From Leucoraja ocellata (lineage: Eukaryota), in NCBI GenBank assembly GCA_036785375.1, contig JAWMAR010000051.1:1364001-1428000 (forward strand): a stretch of 64,000 bases of DNA. The letters run 5' to 3'. Positions 1-13,260 of the stretch are shown piece after piece. The notes beneath the pieces are model-generated. The model worked only from the letters and a program-made list of their open reading frames with translations, did not search any database and was not told the origin of the DNA. Position numbers and translations under genes: made by a program. Within the stretch, counting starts at the first letter, position 1. Each line of letters starts with the position of its first letter.

Positions 1-73
1 TTATCATTTCAGGTAAAAAGCCCTTTGAATGAGTTATGAAATAAAACAAAAATGTTGGAAATACATAGTAGAT

Positions 74-627
74 AGAAACATAGAAAATAGGTGCAGGTGG
101 AGGCCATTCGAACCTTCGAGCCAGCACCCCCATTCATTGTGATCATGGCTGATCGTCCTCAATCAATAAACCGTGCCTGCCTTCTCCCCATATCCCTTGA
201 TTCCACTAGCCCCTAGAGCTCTATCTAACTCTCTCTTAAATCCATCCAGTGATTTGGCCTCCACTGCCCTCTGTGGCATGGAATTCCACAAACTCACAAC
301 TCTCTGCGTGAAAAAGTTTTTTCTCACCTCAGTCTTAAATGGCCTCCCCTTTATTCTAAGACTGTGGCCCCTGGTTCTGGACTCACCCAGCATTGGGAAC
401 ATTTTTTCCTGCATCTAGCTTGTCCAGTCCTTTTATAATTTTACATGTTTCTATAAGGTATCCCATCATCCTTCTAAACTCCAGTGAATACAAGTCTAGT
501 CTTTTCAATCTTTCCTCGTATGACAGTCCCGCTATCCCAGGGATCAATCTCGTGGATCTATGCTGCACTGCCTCAATCACAAGGATGTCCTTCCTCAAAT
601 TAGGAGACCAAAACTGTACACAAAACT
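74..627 (-). mobile_element. 5'-truncated CR1/HER1-type LINE 3' end (RT C-terminus plus 3' UTR)
   Basis: Minus-strand ORF pieces CVQFWSPNLRKDILVIEAVQHRSTRLIPG and TRGHSLRIKG...FFTQRVVSLWNSMP match the CR1 ORF2 C-terminus. Tail reads ...cctattttctatgtttctat on the minus strand. GTAGAT is duplicated at 68-73 and 628-633 (candidate TSD). It interrupts a Penelope-derived fragment. Confidence 0.9.
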
Positions 628-2740
628 GTAGATCAGGCAGCATTTGTGGAAAGAGAGAAAATAAGTTTGATTTAAGTTTGCTGAAAAGATGATGAGCCAC
701 CAATCACCAATTGCTAATATTCTTTGAAGTCATAAGTTAATTTCTTCGTAGATTCCTGGGAATACATGATAATTTATTTGGTGCTTTTTAAATGCCCAGA
801 CATGGAGATTCATTAGGTATTGCCAAAGTATTCCTTAATATTTTATGTCATAAAGCTTCTGCTTCAATGATTATGATTCAAAAAAGAGAGTAAAATTAAA
901 TAACAGGCACTCATCCACTTCAGGATGGGATCAGCGACAGTTTTAATGCAGCTTTAAAACCCCAGAGCTTGCAGGAGGGTTTGCTAGTGTTACTCAGGAG
1001 GGTTTTTAACTAGAGAGGCAAGGGTTGGGGACCAGAGCTGTAGGTCAGCATTTGGAAAGAGTGATGGGAAGGTAGAGGTTAGGATCAGTAAGTCTCAAAG
1101 GGAGGACAAGCAGGGAGAGGTGAAGGAATAAGGTGATGCTGATGGGGTGAACGGTGTTTACTGCAATGCAAGGATTATGCTTGGGACAATGATGTTGCAG
1201 CTATTGAGGAAGTGGAGTTGCGAGAGGTACATGACAGGCAGCTTAATGCTCCAGGGTTTCAATGTTTCTGACGTGATCGAGAGGAAAGCAACAGCAGTGG
1301 AGGAGTTGTGCTACTGATCAAGGAGAGTGTTGTGGCAGCACTTAGAGAAGACATGGTTTGTCCATTGTGGCGATATGGGTGAAGCTTAGGAATAACACAG
1401 TGCAAGCACTCTATTGGGATTGTACTTTAGGCGCCTTAATGTTAACAGGTTGCTTAGTGCCAAGGGCTTAGATTGGGCAAAAATTGTGAGGTGTGTCTAT
1501 GAGGGTTTCTTGAAACAGTATGTGGATAGTCCAACCCAAAAAGGGATCACACTAGACCTTGTGTTGGGAAATGAGATTGACCATGTGGCAAGTGTTTCAG
1601 TGAAGCAGTAATTTGGGACAGTGATCACAACTCTATACATTTTAAGATTGTTTTGAACATGGAGAAGGGTAAACATTGGAAGAACGTAGTAAATTGGAGT
1701 AAGGCAAACTGCAACTCTATTAAGCTGTAGCTTGGGAGGGTACTCTTGAGAGAAATTGTTATCAGGTAAGTCTGGGACGTGTGGGAATTGTTTCAAAACC
1801 AGTTGATTGAAGTTCAGAATAGGCATGTTCAGTGAGAAGGAGGGATAAGGATGGCAAAGTAAGGACATTTTGAATGACTGAAGCTGTGGTAAATTTGGCA
1901 TAAAAGTTTTAAGAAGATGGAATCAGACTGGGGCTTTGGGGATGACAGTATAAAACAAAGAGGAAAGAGTTTGAGCGGGCAGTTAGAAGGGCAAGAAGTG
2001 GCCACAAAATAGCTTTTGGCAATTCAGATTAAAGAAAATCCCAAAGCTTTTTATACCTTTATTTAAAAACAAGAGGGTCACCAGGGAGAAGGTAGGACCG
2101 CTCAAGGATAAAGGAGGGAATTTGTTCTAGGAATCTGGGGATGATGACAAGTTACTAAATTAGTACTTTGCATCTGTTTTCACTAAGGAGAAGGACATGG
2201 AGGACAGTGAGATCAGTGTTGGGGATATTAATAAGGAAGGGCATTTTGAGATCAAGGAGGAGGAGGAGGAGGTGTTGGGGCTCCCGGGGACCGATGGGAT
2301 TTATCCCAGTTTATTGAGGGAAGCAAGAGAGGAGATTGCAGGAGCCTTGACAAAGGTTCAGGAGGACTGAGGAGTAGCTAATGTAGTTTTTTCATTTAAA
2401 AACAAAAATAAAGAGCATGCAGGGAATTATAGGCGAAAGAGCCTCAAATCAGTGGTGGGGAAGTAATTAGAGAGAATTCTTTGGATAGTATTTACTCCCA
2501 TTTGGAATGGGCTAATTGGGGATAGTCAGCATGGCATTGTACATGGCAGGTCATGTTTTACTAACTTGATCGTGTTCTTTTGAGAAGGTGATGAAGGTGA
2601 CTGATGAGGCTAGGGCGGTGGATGTTGTCTACATGGACTTTAGTCTGGTATTTGATAAAGTCTCCAATGGGCTGATCCGGAAGATCAAGGAGGAAGGGAT
2701 TAACAGTAACTTGGTTCTATGGATTCAGAACTGGCTTACT

Positions 2741-2885
2741 TCGTTCGCTCGTGTGTCAGACGACGCATAGCTCGCTGTTGGCGTCCGTCGTCGTCCAACA
2801 TGTTGACAATTGGTCGCACAACGCGTCACTGACTAGATTGTGTCGTCGTTTCCGGGGATTGCTACGAGGAGACTTCTGTCATGAT
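2741..2885. other. CpG-rich 145-bp insertion of unknown origin inside the CR1 RT
   Basis: ACTGGCTTACT is duplicated at 2730-2740 and 2886-2896. The CR1 reading QNWLT|DSRPPVVV resumes after it. About 17 CpG counted in 145 bp. Confidence 0.75.
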
Positions 2886-2924
2886 ACTGGCTTACTGATA
2901 GCAGACCACCGGTTGTGGTGAAAT

Positions 2925-3704
2925 TGTCACACTTGCCACGCCTCCAGACATTTGTGACTCTTTCCACATCCCTTCCCTGAGCTAATTGGAGTTACACCTG
3001 AATTTGATCTGCTCCCCTAATCTATCACTTAGTATAAATACCTGAGATCATCACCAATTGGGTGCTGACTAACCAGTTCTGCATTCTGTTGGTTCGATAG
3101 CAGTTCTGAGTTCTGTCGGTTCCTGGTCGATATCTTTCGGTTCCATTCGTGTCTAGATTTTTTGTTTTCTTCAGTACTTCTCAGTGAGCCTGCTTTCGAG
3201 TCCTTTCCATTTCAGGGCCTGCTGACAGATTAGCCAGTCAGTATGGACTCAGCTGGCAATTTTGGTCAATGATGTGCTGAACCGGTTTGTTTTTGTTTAC
3301 CTGGATGACATCCTCGTGTATTCTGGCTCTGCATCGGAACATACTGGCCCTGTCCGTCTCGTCCTGCAGCGGCTATGGGGGAAAATCAGCTGTTCATCAA
3401 GGAAGGGAAGTGCGAGTTTCACCAGCCCATGGTGTCTTTCCTGGGATACATCCTCTCTGCTGACCGCCGAGATGGATCCAGGAAAGGTGAGGGTGGTGGT
3501 ATATTGGCCTGAGCCTATTAGCCTGGGCTGAGGGTGGTATATTGGCCTGAGCCTATTGGCCTGAGCTGACGGTGGAATATTGGCCTGGCCTGAGGGAGTT
3601 ACAATGCTTCCTCAGCTTTGCCATTTTCTACCGCTGCTTTATCCACAACTACAGCATCTGGATTTTTTGGTTTTCTTCAGTACTTCTCTGTGAGCCTGCT
3701 GACA
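2925..3704 (+). mobile_element. Internally deleted Ty3/Gypsy LTR retrotransposon
   Basis: 5' LTR TGTCA...TGACA at 2925-3227 with a TATAAA box near 3032. RT remnant [13 protein letters not shown]...VRLVLQRL and MDPGKV...WP...LQCFLSFAIFYRCFIHNYS. Partial 3' LTR ~3657-3704 ending TGACA. 5-bp TSD GAAAT at 2920-2924 and 3705-3709. Confidence 0.9.
3488..3595 (+). repeat. Short tandem duplication (~39-bp unit, ~2.5 copies) within the Gypsy remnant
   Basis: tgagggtggtatattggcctgagcctatt(a/g)gcctg is repeated. Confidence 0.8.
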
Positions 3705-5619
3705 GAAATGACAATATTCAGGATGGAGGTCTGTGACCAGTGGAGTATTGCAGGGATCTGTGCTGGGACCTCTGCTGTAACGTAGATGGATTGGTTAGTA
3801 AGTTTGCAGTTGACACCAAGATTACTGGGGTTGCAGACTGTGAGGAAGCTTGTCAAGGTATACAGTGGGATAGAGATCAGCTACAGAAGTTGAAGGTCAA
3901 ATGTAAGGAGAAAATATACAATTAATGGCATGACCCTTAAAAACATTGATGTACATACAGAGGGATATTGGGGTCTATGTCCATAACTGCCTGAAAGTGG
4001 CAATACAAGTAAATGGAGTGGTAAAGAAGGCATATGGTATGCTTGCTTTCATAGGTTGGGGCATTGAGTATAAGTGTCAGGAAATCGTGATGCAGCTTTA
4101 TAGGACTTTGTTTGGGCTGTATTTGGAGTATTATGTGGAGTTCTGGTCGCCCCATAGCTGGAACAATGTGAAGGCTTTGGAAAGGGTGCAGTGGAGTTTT
4201 ACCAGAGTGATGCCTAAATTAGGGGTTATTCACTGCAACAGGAGGTTGAACTGACTTGGATTGTTTTCTCTGAAACGCTGAAGGTTGTAAGGAGACCAGA
4301 TAGAAGTGTATAAAATTATTAGGCATAGATAGGGTAGACAGTCGGAACCTTTTTCCCTTGATAGAAAAATCAAATACTAGAGAGCCAGCTTTAAGGTGAA
4401 AGAGGCAAAGTTTAAAGGAGATTTGGTGAACAACATTTTTACACGGAGGGTGGTGAATGCCTGGACCATGTTGCTTGGTTTAGTGATTAAGGCAGATACG
4501 ATACAGGCATTAATGAGGCTTTTGGATAGATATATGGATATGCAGGTAATGGAGGGATATGGATTTAGTGCGGGTGGATTAGAGATGGTCATGACACAGT
4601 CGCTGTGGGCCGAAGGGCCTGTTTTTGTGCTGTATTGTTCTATATTCCATGTTTCATATTCTAAGTGATTTGTTTGAAGATCATTTATGGAGTTTGCAGG
4701 AGAAGTGGGAAGAGGAGGAGAATGGGCTCATAATAAAGAGGGAAGGGGGGGGGGGGTGAGCTGCAGAAGCAAAGGGGGCTTATTTAAAAAAAACATCTAC
4801 AGTTATAAACTGCTTTTGAGGCAAATAAATTTAGTGGAAGTATGCAGAACTTGTATGACGAGTAATGCAGTGCAGCATAAGGTAGATAGTGTTTATTTAA
4901 AAACAGTAAAAGGACGCAGAAGCTGTTGAGATATACACTGAGTTTTGTTAAGAACCAAATTGTATGGTTGATTACTGTAAATCTTTTTATTTTGATTTGC
5001 CCATAACTTAGTGTAATTTAGGGCCATGAAATTTCTTATTGCATATGCTTTCACATTTAACAGCTCTAAGCAACCATGAAAATGTAAGACTTCGAAAAAT
5101 TGGCAGGATTGGCCATCAGAGTCGCAAAGTGGCATTTCTATAATGAGCAAATAAACGCAACAAAATAAGCATGTTTTACTTCAGTGGATTCAAGGGATAT
5201 TTCCAAAGAAATAAATATTACTTTTGACTTTCGTGCATATACACTTTTTATTTCTTATAACCTCAACCATGATAATTGCATTTCTACAGTGAAAAATATT
5301 CCATTTCACTTGGCACAGAACGAGAAAAAATCTTAACTAATAGGATGCGCAGTTAAACTATTATGACTGGTATAGCCTTTTTTCTCAAATACCTTTATTA
5401 TTCATTGAGAGCAATTATATGTTTGAAAATAAAATTCCTATTCTAATATTTTGATTCCCCATTTGCCACTAAGGCATTTGCAGCACTGGATATGTTTGTG
5501 GTTTAGCAGTGAATTTCCTGCAACTCAAAACAAAGCCAGTCTTATAATTTCCACCAATATCAACTGGGATAGAAGAACATCTTTTTTTACTATGCTTTAT
5601 TTTAATCTTTATTGTATTG

Positions 5620-6300
5620 GTTTATAATTGTCTCCTGTACTGAGATAATGAAAACCTTTGTTTGCCATGCTGTCAAGGCAATTCATACTATACAGGAGTA
5701 CCAAAAGCAGCGCAAAAGTGTAAAGAAACAGTGATAAAAGAAAAGTGCAAAGGCCACTATCGGGTAGATTGGGTGATCAAGGATGTATCCTTAACACACT
5801 AGGGGTCTTTTCAAGGGTCTGATAATAGCTGGGAAGAGGCTATCCTTGAATATGGTGGAGCTTTTGTATCCTTCTGCCCAATGGGACAGGAGGTGACAGA
5901 GAATGGCTGGTGTGTGAGTGGTCCTGGTTATGTTAACTGCTTTCCTGAAGCAGCATGAATTGTGGATGGAGTCAATGTGGGAAAGATTGGTTTGTGTGAT
6001 AGTTTGGACTGCGTTCACAACTCTGCAATTTCTCACAGTCTTGGGCAAAGCTGTGATGCATCTAGAGAGGATACTATCTATGGTGCATCTGCGGAAATAG
6101 TTCAGGGCCATTGGAGACGTGCTGAATTTCTTTAACCATCTGTGGAAGTAGAGACAATGGTGAGCATTTCCTGGCCATAGTGGCGTTTGCATTGATCCCG
6201 GACAAATTACTAGTGATATTTACACCTAGGAACATGAAGCCCTCGATCTTCTCCTCTTCAGCGCCTTTGATACAGACTGGGGTATGCACCTCACCCCTTT
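5620..6300 (-). mobile_element. Rex1/Babar-type LINE 3' fragment
   Basis: Minus-strand ORFs FMFLGVNITSNLS and LYFHRWLKKFS...RCTIDSILSRCITA...RVVNAVQTIT resemble the Rex1/Babar RT C-terminus (LYFLRxLKKF...YRCTIESILxxCITAW). Confidence 0.75.
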
Positions 6301-8161
6301 TCCTGTAGTTTTGTCTTCAAAGCATTGCGTTAAATAATTTGATATCGGGAAGCACTAAGATTTGCAATAAGATGCCGGTCATTTGAGTGCCAGGTAGCCG
6401 TCTGTGGGCTGGTGGGTCTGTCCACATGCTGATTTTAATTTGATATTCAAATTTCTGTAAAACTGGTTGAGGCTTCAAGATGCTGCACTGCAGTATACAA
6501 TTCTAATATAAATTTGGCTTATTTTCCTTCATTGGGAATACTGAAATACATCCAATACTAGAATGGTTAGCAGTAAGTGAACTGTGTTGTATTTATTTAT
6601 AATGTAAAATTGCTGGAACCATCTAAAAATAAACAGATGCATAGCAGTTCATTAGTCTGCCTGCTCGGACTGATTTTCCCATTGATTAGTCTCAGTACTA
6701 ATGCCTGTTCATTCCTCACTTCATAACTAATTAACGTCAGTTCCTTTCTGACTGGTTGACCAGTTTTAAGATCTCTGAGCATGTGTGAATTTATATGTGC
6801 TAGATATGGCAAGGGCAGCCTAACAGAATTAAAGCATAACACTTACCCACCAGAGATTTTTAACCCTAAATTCACAGAACATTTAAGGATGACTTTTGAA
6901 ATTAGTGAGTAGCAGAAGTATGCTCATGAACTATATTTTATTTTGGCTAATATCCTGGGCACCTGTTTAAAATTGATGTTGACAGGTTTTATTAAATGGC
7001 ACATAACAAACACAGAGTACAAGAAAATATTATTAGCATAGAAACAAATTAATTGTATTGCTAAAAAGCACCTCACATATCGTCTTTTAAATTGTCATTT
7101 AGGATCTTAATTTTGAAGGGATAAGATGTTTGGAACAATCTGCTCACCTATCTGCTTTCCACCTGTCTCTAATTTCCTCCACTCCTCTGGCTACCTGAAG
7201 GTGTTGACTCCTTGCTGAGCTCCACCATCTTGTCCATTTGGCCATTTTTTAATCTATGACTCTCGAGCACAAATTTATGGGGAGGGGCGACCTTGGTCCT
7301 GCCCAAACCTATGGAACGATGTAATAAAAGATGGGTCATTGTGATGATGAGCCATTGAGACACTGACTATTGGAACTTTGAAACGATCTGAGGAACTCAT
7401 TCTGTAAGGAAAGAAATCTATACTCCAATAGAAACATAGGCTATCTGCTTGCATTACTTAAGTGATGAGGTGATTCGAGTAGACATTTTGAGCATGCTTA
7501 CTAATTTTGCAGAACTATGAATATTATGACATTGCTATTATGGAGCCACCTAAAGGAAATTTGACAAGCCTTCATTTTCACCAACAATATGTTCATATGT
7601 TGGCAGTGGATACGCTGTTGGTGTGCGTGAGTGTGTGTTTGTGCATGCATGTGTACATGTGAGTGAGCAGGCTTGAGTCCAATGACTGGCATGTCTCATC
7701 AATGAACAGAGAAGATGAATATCGTACTGGCTTCAAAGTAGCTTTCATATTTGTGTATTATTGTGGCCTTAACAGTTCATAATTGCATATAAATGTTAAA
7801 ATTTGAATATAAAAACGTATTTGAAAGTACAGAGGAAGAAGAGTATTTTAACTTAAGCTATTTTCATAATTTATTGACATTGGACTTGAAAATATGGAAG
7901 TGAAACAGAACACACTCAATATACTGCATATTTCATAGAATGCAGTAGTTCATGAAGATCACTCGACTTTTAGACATGACCATTGGCCTTGTTTACTTCT
8001 GCCCAGCACGAGTGGCCCACTTTATCTCGTATCCTACTTACCTATCCATCTAACAATATTAAGTCTCATGTTACTCATGAGAGATATTTCTAATCTATTA
8101 CATGATCACGTGTTTGGCTCTAGCTACTGCACTGGAACCTCATTGTCCACCAAACTCCACC

Positions 8162-8468
8162 TAATTTAGAGATACAGCATGGAAACAGACCCTTCAGTCC
8201 AGCACGACCATATATCACCCGTTCACGCCTGTTCTACGTAATCCCATTTTTGCATCCACCATCTACACACAGCTATCAATTTACAGGGGCCAATTAACCT
8301 ACAAACCTGCATGTTTTCAGGGTGTGGGAAGAAACTGGAGAATATGGAAGAAACCACGCAGTTACAGGGAGAATGTGCAAACTCCACACAGACAGGCCCG
8401 AGGTCAGGATCGAACCTGTGTCTCTGGAGCTGTGAGGCAGCGGCTCTACCAGCTCTGTCACTGTGCTT
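8162..8468 (-). mobile_element. HE1/V-SINE-like tRNA-derived SINE
   Basis: Reverse complement has a tRNA-like head (ggtagagc...ggttcgatcc B box), the central gtgtggagtttgcacattctccc domain and a CR1-like tail. Confidence 0.85.
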
Positions 8469-11400
8469 TCCGCCTTTTAAATAAATATCCCACTTCCTTC
8501 CTGAAGCTTTTGTGACTACGTTTGAACCAGTCACGGCCTTTCGAGGACAAATTATTTAACACAAAGAACCAAGTGATTAATTGATCAAACATTTCAGTAT
8601 TCATCGAGTGCATTTGCCCATTGATTTCGGTCAAGACGAGGTCCCCTGATCCATTTCAACTAAATTGAATGGCTTCTTCAATGTCGATGGCTTCCAAAAA
8701 TCGTAGCATCACTCCGCTAAATGAATAATCAAAAAGAAAATGTTCCCCTTACTCAGATCGAAGCTATGAAGTTGATAAAACTGATAACTTTGCAGTTGGA
8801 CATTCATGGCCATTTCCATCCCTCTGGTACCCATTACTGGCCTGAGTCACCAGTGCCCCACAGCTCTCCAGTACATGGATGCTCCTTCACAAAGTCTGTG
8901 CCAAGATTATGATTAGAAATAGTTCCAGGCCAATTAAATAAACAATGGCAAAATAAACAGTTGAAAGGTTTTAAACGGATAAACGTTGCTAAGTTTTAAC
9001 CTACAAATTATTTGTTCTATTTCCCCTTGTGCCTTTGTGGTTCTCCCTGTTCATGGGGTAATTAATGATTAAGGCAAATCTAATGTAGGGTTTTATTTTC
9101 TTTGAGGATGCAGACACAAAAAAATATTTTGGTGAAGGTAATGTTAAGTTTATTTTAATATTTTAGAGAGACCAGTTACCTTATTTTGAGCTCTGCAGTA
9201 TTGCTATCCTTGTTGGATTCTATTCTTTACCACATTACCTCACCACATTAGCACTTGCATCTCCCTCAGATGGCATTCTGTTTCCATTCCATTCACAGTG
9301 GCCAAGGATCATATCACATAGGCACTTAGAAATACAATGCGCGCTACCCCTGAGAACACAATTGCTTTCACAGTCAAAAGTATCGATCAGCTCTATTTCT
9401 GGTTTTCCATTCAGTCATAGCTTTTGCCAGAAGTTTTTTTTTCAATGGGGTGGGTAGATTTAAATAAAAACTAGCTATCCTATTGTACGCCCTCATCTCT
9501 CTGTAATTATCTCAATGCTGTATAGACAAATGTAATTTTTAGTACAACCATAATCTGATGATTACAAGTACATCTTGGTGAATTATAATTAGAAAGTGTT
9601 AAAATTATATGATGTTATTGTCTGAATATGGATTAAAGAATGCAAACATTTGTGTTCTTCATTAAAGAAAAACACACTATGGGCATTATTGGTACTAATT
9701 ATACAACATTAAGTTGCATGACTCACACAATACCTATCCTAATGAAAACATTTCATATCAAAGTCAAGCAAAACTTATATTGTGTGAAGATGCTTGTTTA
9801 TAATACATCTCTGAAATTCAACATCATTTTCTGTTCCTACCCACAGAAAATTTAGAGGTAAAACTATCAGATCACCCTATTCATTGTTTGGCATAAGCTT
9901 GCTTTTAAAGTATATTTCTACAAAGTTGCAGTTTTTTATTTTTTATTTTAACGAGTGTGTAATGTGTGGTGTGGTCTTCCTTTCATGTAAGATGGGCAGA
10001 AGGAACTCCTCACAGTATCAAATATTATGTGGGACAGGAAGGGAAATTTGATCAAAATGGACGGTGAAAAAAAAGTGATTAACTAGAGACAAAGGGAGGT
10101 TGATCTCCATATTTGACTGATGATGAAGAAAGGTTTAACTTGGTGGACTGGAAGAGGGTCGAGTAGAAGTATAAATGTCTATGTTGGATACAAGTAATCA
10201 TCCCGATTTTCTAGTTTTCATCTTGCAGAGCCATACAGAATGAACTGACTGGACCATCTTTTTAACCTTTTGTTATCGTGAACTATTTTGCTTTGATTCA
10301 AAACAGACGTGTAAAATATCACATTCCTGTTATTTAGATTAGCTGCTTTAGTTGAATCTGGTTTCATAGTTCACAAAGAACATGCATTTACAATACCAAC
10401 TAGTCACGGCATTAATGCAAGATGGTTTCCTGGAAGATTAAATTCCAATTTCTTTACTAAGTTCTAGTTTCTTAATCATGTTGCCGATTTCAGACTGATG
10501 CATATCCAAAACTGCTTTAATGAATTTGAAAATATAGTATGGATGTTCACTTCTCCCAGAGCCAACTGGTATAGATGTTCTTCCATTTAACCCAGCATCT
10601 CCAGTTCCTTCCTACATGTATTTTTTATACATACTGCAACAGAAAAAAACTGATTTGTACAAGTTTTACAAATTAATAACTGTAAAAATATGGGGATGAT
10701 GGAGCCAATTGTGAGGTTTTAACCAGTCTTTCTCATTAGCCTTATCGCAATGTTTGCTGAATTTTAGGATCTGGGTTGCAATAATTTTAAGGAAATTCCA
10801 ATACATAGGTTCTTTAAAAGTGAAATGTTTCACTGATTTCCTTTCCCATGGACTATTGGTTATAGAGCTACGGCAGCAATTTATTATATCTCAAATTCCA
10901 AAATTTGAGCCACTTCTGGCAGATGAAGTAACCAAATGGGGCTTTGCCAATGAAATGTGGAAAAGGACTTTTTGATCCTGCCCTATTTTATTCATCCAGA
11001 GTTTATTGTTGGAATACCCTTTTTTACTTATTCATTTGGTGTTGATGGGATAAATTTCTAACATGCATGGCCAGCCATCTTCGCATAAATTGAATGCAAA
11101 ATTGCACCAATTCTTAATATTGAACTTATTAAATTTCCATGCTAAATAGACATAAAATATTCCAAGAACCCGTGTAATGGGGAAATGTTTCAGAACATTA
11201 TTCCTAGGTTAGATTAAGAGTGGTAACCTTGTCCACTTTTATTAATAGAGGTAACTTTGAGTTAATCACAAACATGAGCATCTTTAATAAGTCCACAGTC
11301 CAGCATCTTTGAGTGAACAGTTTAGTAGTTGAAAATTATTATTTTTAAACTTACACAGAACCACCTACTAATTTCATTGGAATGTTGCAGTCAGTTTTTT

Positions 11401-11825
11401 AGTAAATTATTTATTTTTTATTTAAAAGCAATTAAAATCCGTGGCTCTGCACCAAAATTCATTTAACTTATTTATTTGTCTTCGCACAATATTTAAACCA
11501 TTTTTACATGCTACCATTTTCCCCCTATGTGAATCTATTTTGATTTGTTACTTTTGTCAATTTTTGTTCAAATTCCTTGTATGATTATTTCATCCTTTCC
11601 ACTCTGTGTTACTCATTTTGAGTGCAATAAGCTATTCAAAATTCCCATGAGTACGAATGAGTTCCTAGGTCACGAGGGTAATGGGGATCATAGGCAGCAG
11701 AAATTGGGTGGTGTGTGCAAATTGATCAGTCTCCAACATTGCAAAGCTTAACATAAATAAAGAGCAGGGAGATGGCAACATTGCAGAACAGAGAACTGAT
11801 GAAAGAGATTGTGTAACTGTTTGCG

Positions 11826-12497
11826 ACACGGTGATACAGCCCATGGCTCACATAGTGCCAGGCACCTCGGTTCAATCATGACCTCAGGTACTGTCTGCAT
11901 GCAGTTTTCATGCTCTCCATGACGGTGTTGTTTCCTCCAGTTATTCGGGTTCCTTTCCACATCACAAAGGACATCACAAAGACAAGCAGGTTGATAGGTT
12001 AGTTAGCTGCTGTGAGTTTATAATTTTATTTTGGAGATGCAGCACGGAAACAGGCCCTTCTGTCCACCAGGTCCGCACAGACCAGCGATCCCTGCATATT
12101 AACACTATCCTACACACACTAGGGACAGTTTTTACACCAAGCCAATTTATCTACATACCTGTATGTCTTTGGAGTGTGGGAGGAAACCAAAGATCTCGGA
12201 GAAAACTCACACAGGTCACGGGCATAACGTACAAACTCCATACAGACAGCACCCGTAGTCGGGATCAAATCCGGCTCTCCGGTGCTACAAGCGCTGTAAG
12301 GCAGCAACTCTATCGCTGTGCTGCCCTGTGGCCTTGTGTGTCGGTGAGTGGCAGAGTCTGGGTGCAGTTGGAGAATATGTGCGAAGAATAAAAAATGGGA
12401 TCAATGGGGTATTTGTGAAAAATGGGTGATTGATGGTGATTGGGATTTGATGGGCCAAAGTGCCTGCATCCCCGCTCTATCTCCCAATGACTGTGAC
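11826..12497 (+). mobile_element. Older HE1-like SINE split by a younger antisense SINE
   Basis: 5' half at 11826-12018 (ggttcaatcatgacctcagg...gcagttttcatgctctcc) and 3' half at 12334-12497 (gatgggccaaagtgcctg) flank the minus-strand copy. Confidence 0.7.
12023..12333 (-). mobile_element. HE1/V-SINE-like SINE (nested)
   Basis: Near-complete reverse-complement copy: gcagcacggaaacaggcccttc ... acaaactccatacagacagcacc ... gcagcaactcta. Confidence 0.9.
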
Positions 12498-12539
12498 ACC
12501 ACATCATTGTGCTTTTTTTACTTTCCAATGACCAAGAAC

Positions 12540-12782
12540 TCCCAAAGAACCCCCAAAGCGGAGCACGGATTCAGCCGCGGGACTGACTTGCCATCACCCG
12601 GCGGGGTCACAACATCGGAGGCTTGGATTGCCTCAGCGCAGAGGGAGAGCAAGGAGGGAAGAGACAATGACTTTGGGACTTTAAACTGTGTTGAGTGTTT
12701 GTTATTTATTCTATGTTATGACTGCAGGCTAAACCATTTTGTTGTACTGGAAAATGCAATGACAATAAATTGAATCCAATCA
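12540..12782 (+). mobile_element. Retroelement 3' end (LINE-related, family unresolved)
   Basis: GC-rich body, then a T-rich stretch and aatgacaataaa plus a short simple-repeat tail, as in L2/Rex 3' ends. Confidence 0.4.
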
Positions 12783-13176
12783 AGGGCCATGGCTAGTGTT
12801 CCTCAGAGAGTCTGTCGCTCAGTCTGACTCTCACTGCCACCAGCTTGGATGCTGGCACTGTCCAGGTGGATGAGCTTAGATGCACAGTATCTTGTGATCC
12901 CCGGGCTCAGGCAGCCGACGGTCTGAGTTGGGGTAAAAGTGGTCCATGTGCCATCTCTCTGGAGAGTGAGATAGTCCTCGCGTTTTCAGATCCGGGCTCC
13001 AATGAGGCACAAATGATGGTGCGTATGTCCCATGAGATGCTTGATGGCCCTGTCCGAAATATTCTTTGAACTGTCAATGTGCAGAGGGACTTGAGCTGCC
13101 TCTTGTGCAAAGCTGTAGACAGGGAATTGCATCCATATTTCCCACTATGAAAGTGAGGACATAATCTCAGCATCGA

Positions 13177-13260
13177 AGATGGACACAAAATGCTGGAGTA
13201 ACTCAGCAGATCAGGCAGCATCTCTGGAGAAAAGGAATGGGTGATGTTTTGGGTGAAGGC
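13177..13260 (-). mobile_element. Penelope-derived short unit (partial)
   Basis: gacacaaaatgctggagtaactcagcagatcaggcagcatctctggagaaaaggaatgggtga is the reverse complement of the family at 15750 and 45025. Confidence 0.8.

Larger units (their letters stand above)
960..4650 (+). mobile_element. Long decayed CR1-type LINE (APE endonuclease + RT), interrupted by two insertions
   Basis: Endonuclease remnants VYCNAR (~1155), TLDLVLGNE (~1550), SDHN (~1620). RT motifs VDVVYMDFSxxFDKV (~2620), SGVLQGSVLGPLL (~3740), KFAVDTK (degenerate FADD, ~3800), YYVEFWSP, FTRRVVNAW. 3' tail gggccgaagggcctgttt. Many stops and frameshifts; ends approximate. Confidence 0.9.

Noticed and set aside
3488-3595. Repeat-spacer-like pattern resembling a CRISPR array
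   Set aside because: It is a simple tandem duplication inside a Gypsy RT remnant, with no unique spacers, in a eukaryotic context.
8460-8745. Minus-strand protein-like reading (GVMLRFLEAIDIEEAIQFS*NGSGDLVLTE...) behind an acceptor-like site
   Set aside because: It has an internal stop, no recognisable homologue, and its distal part runs into repeat-derived sequence; consistent with chance.
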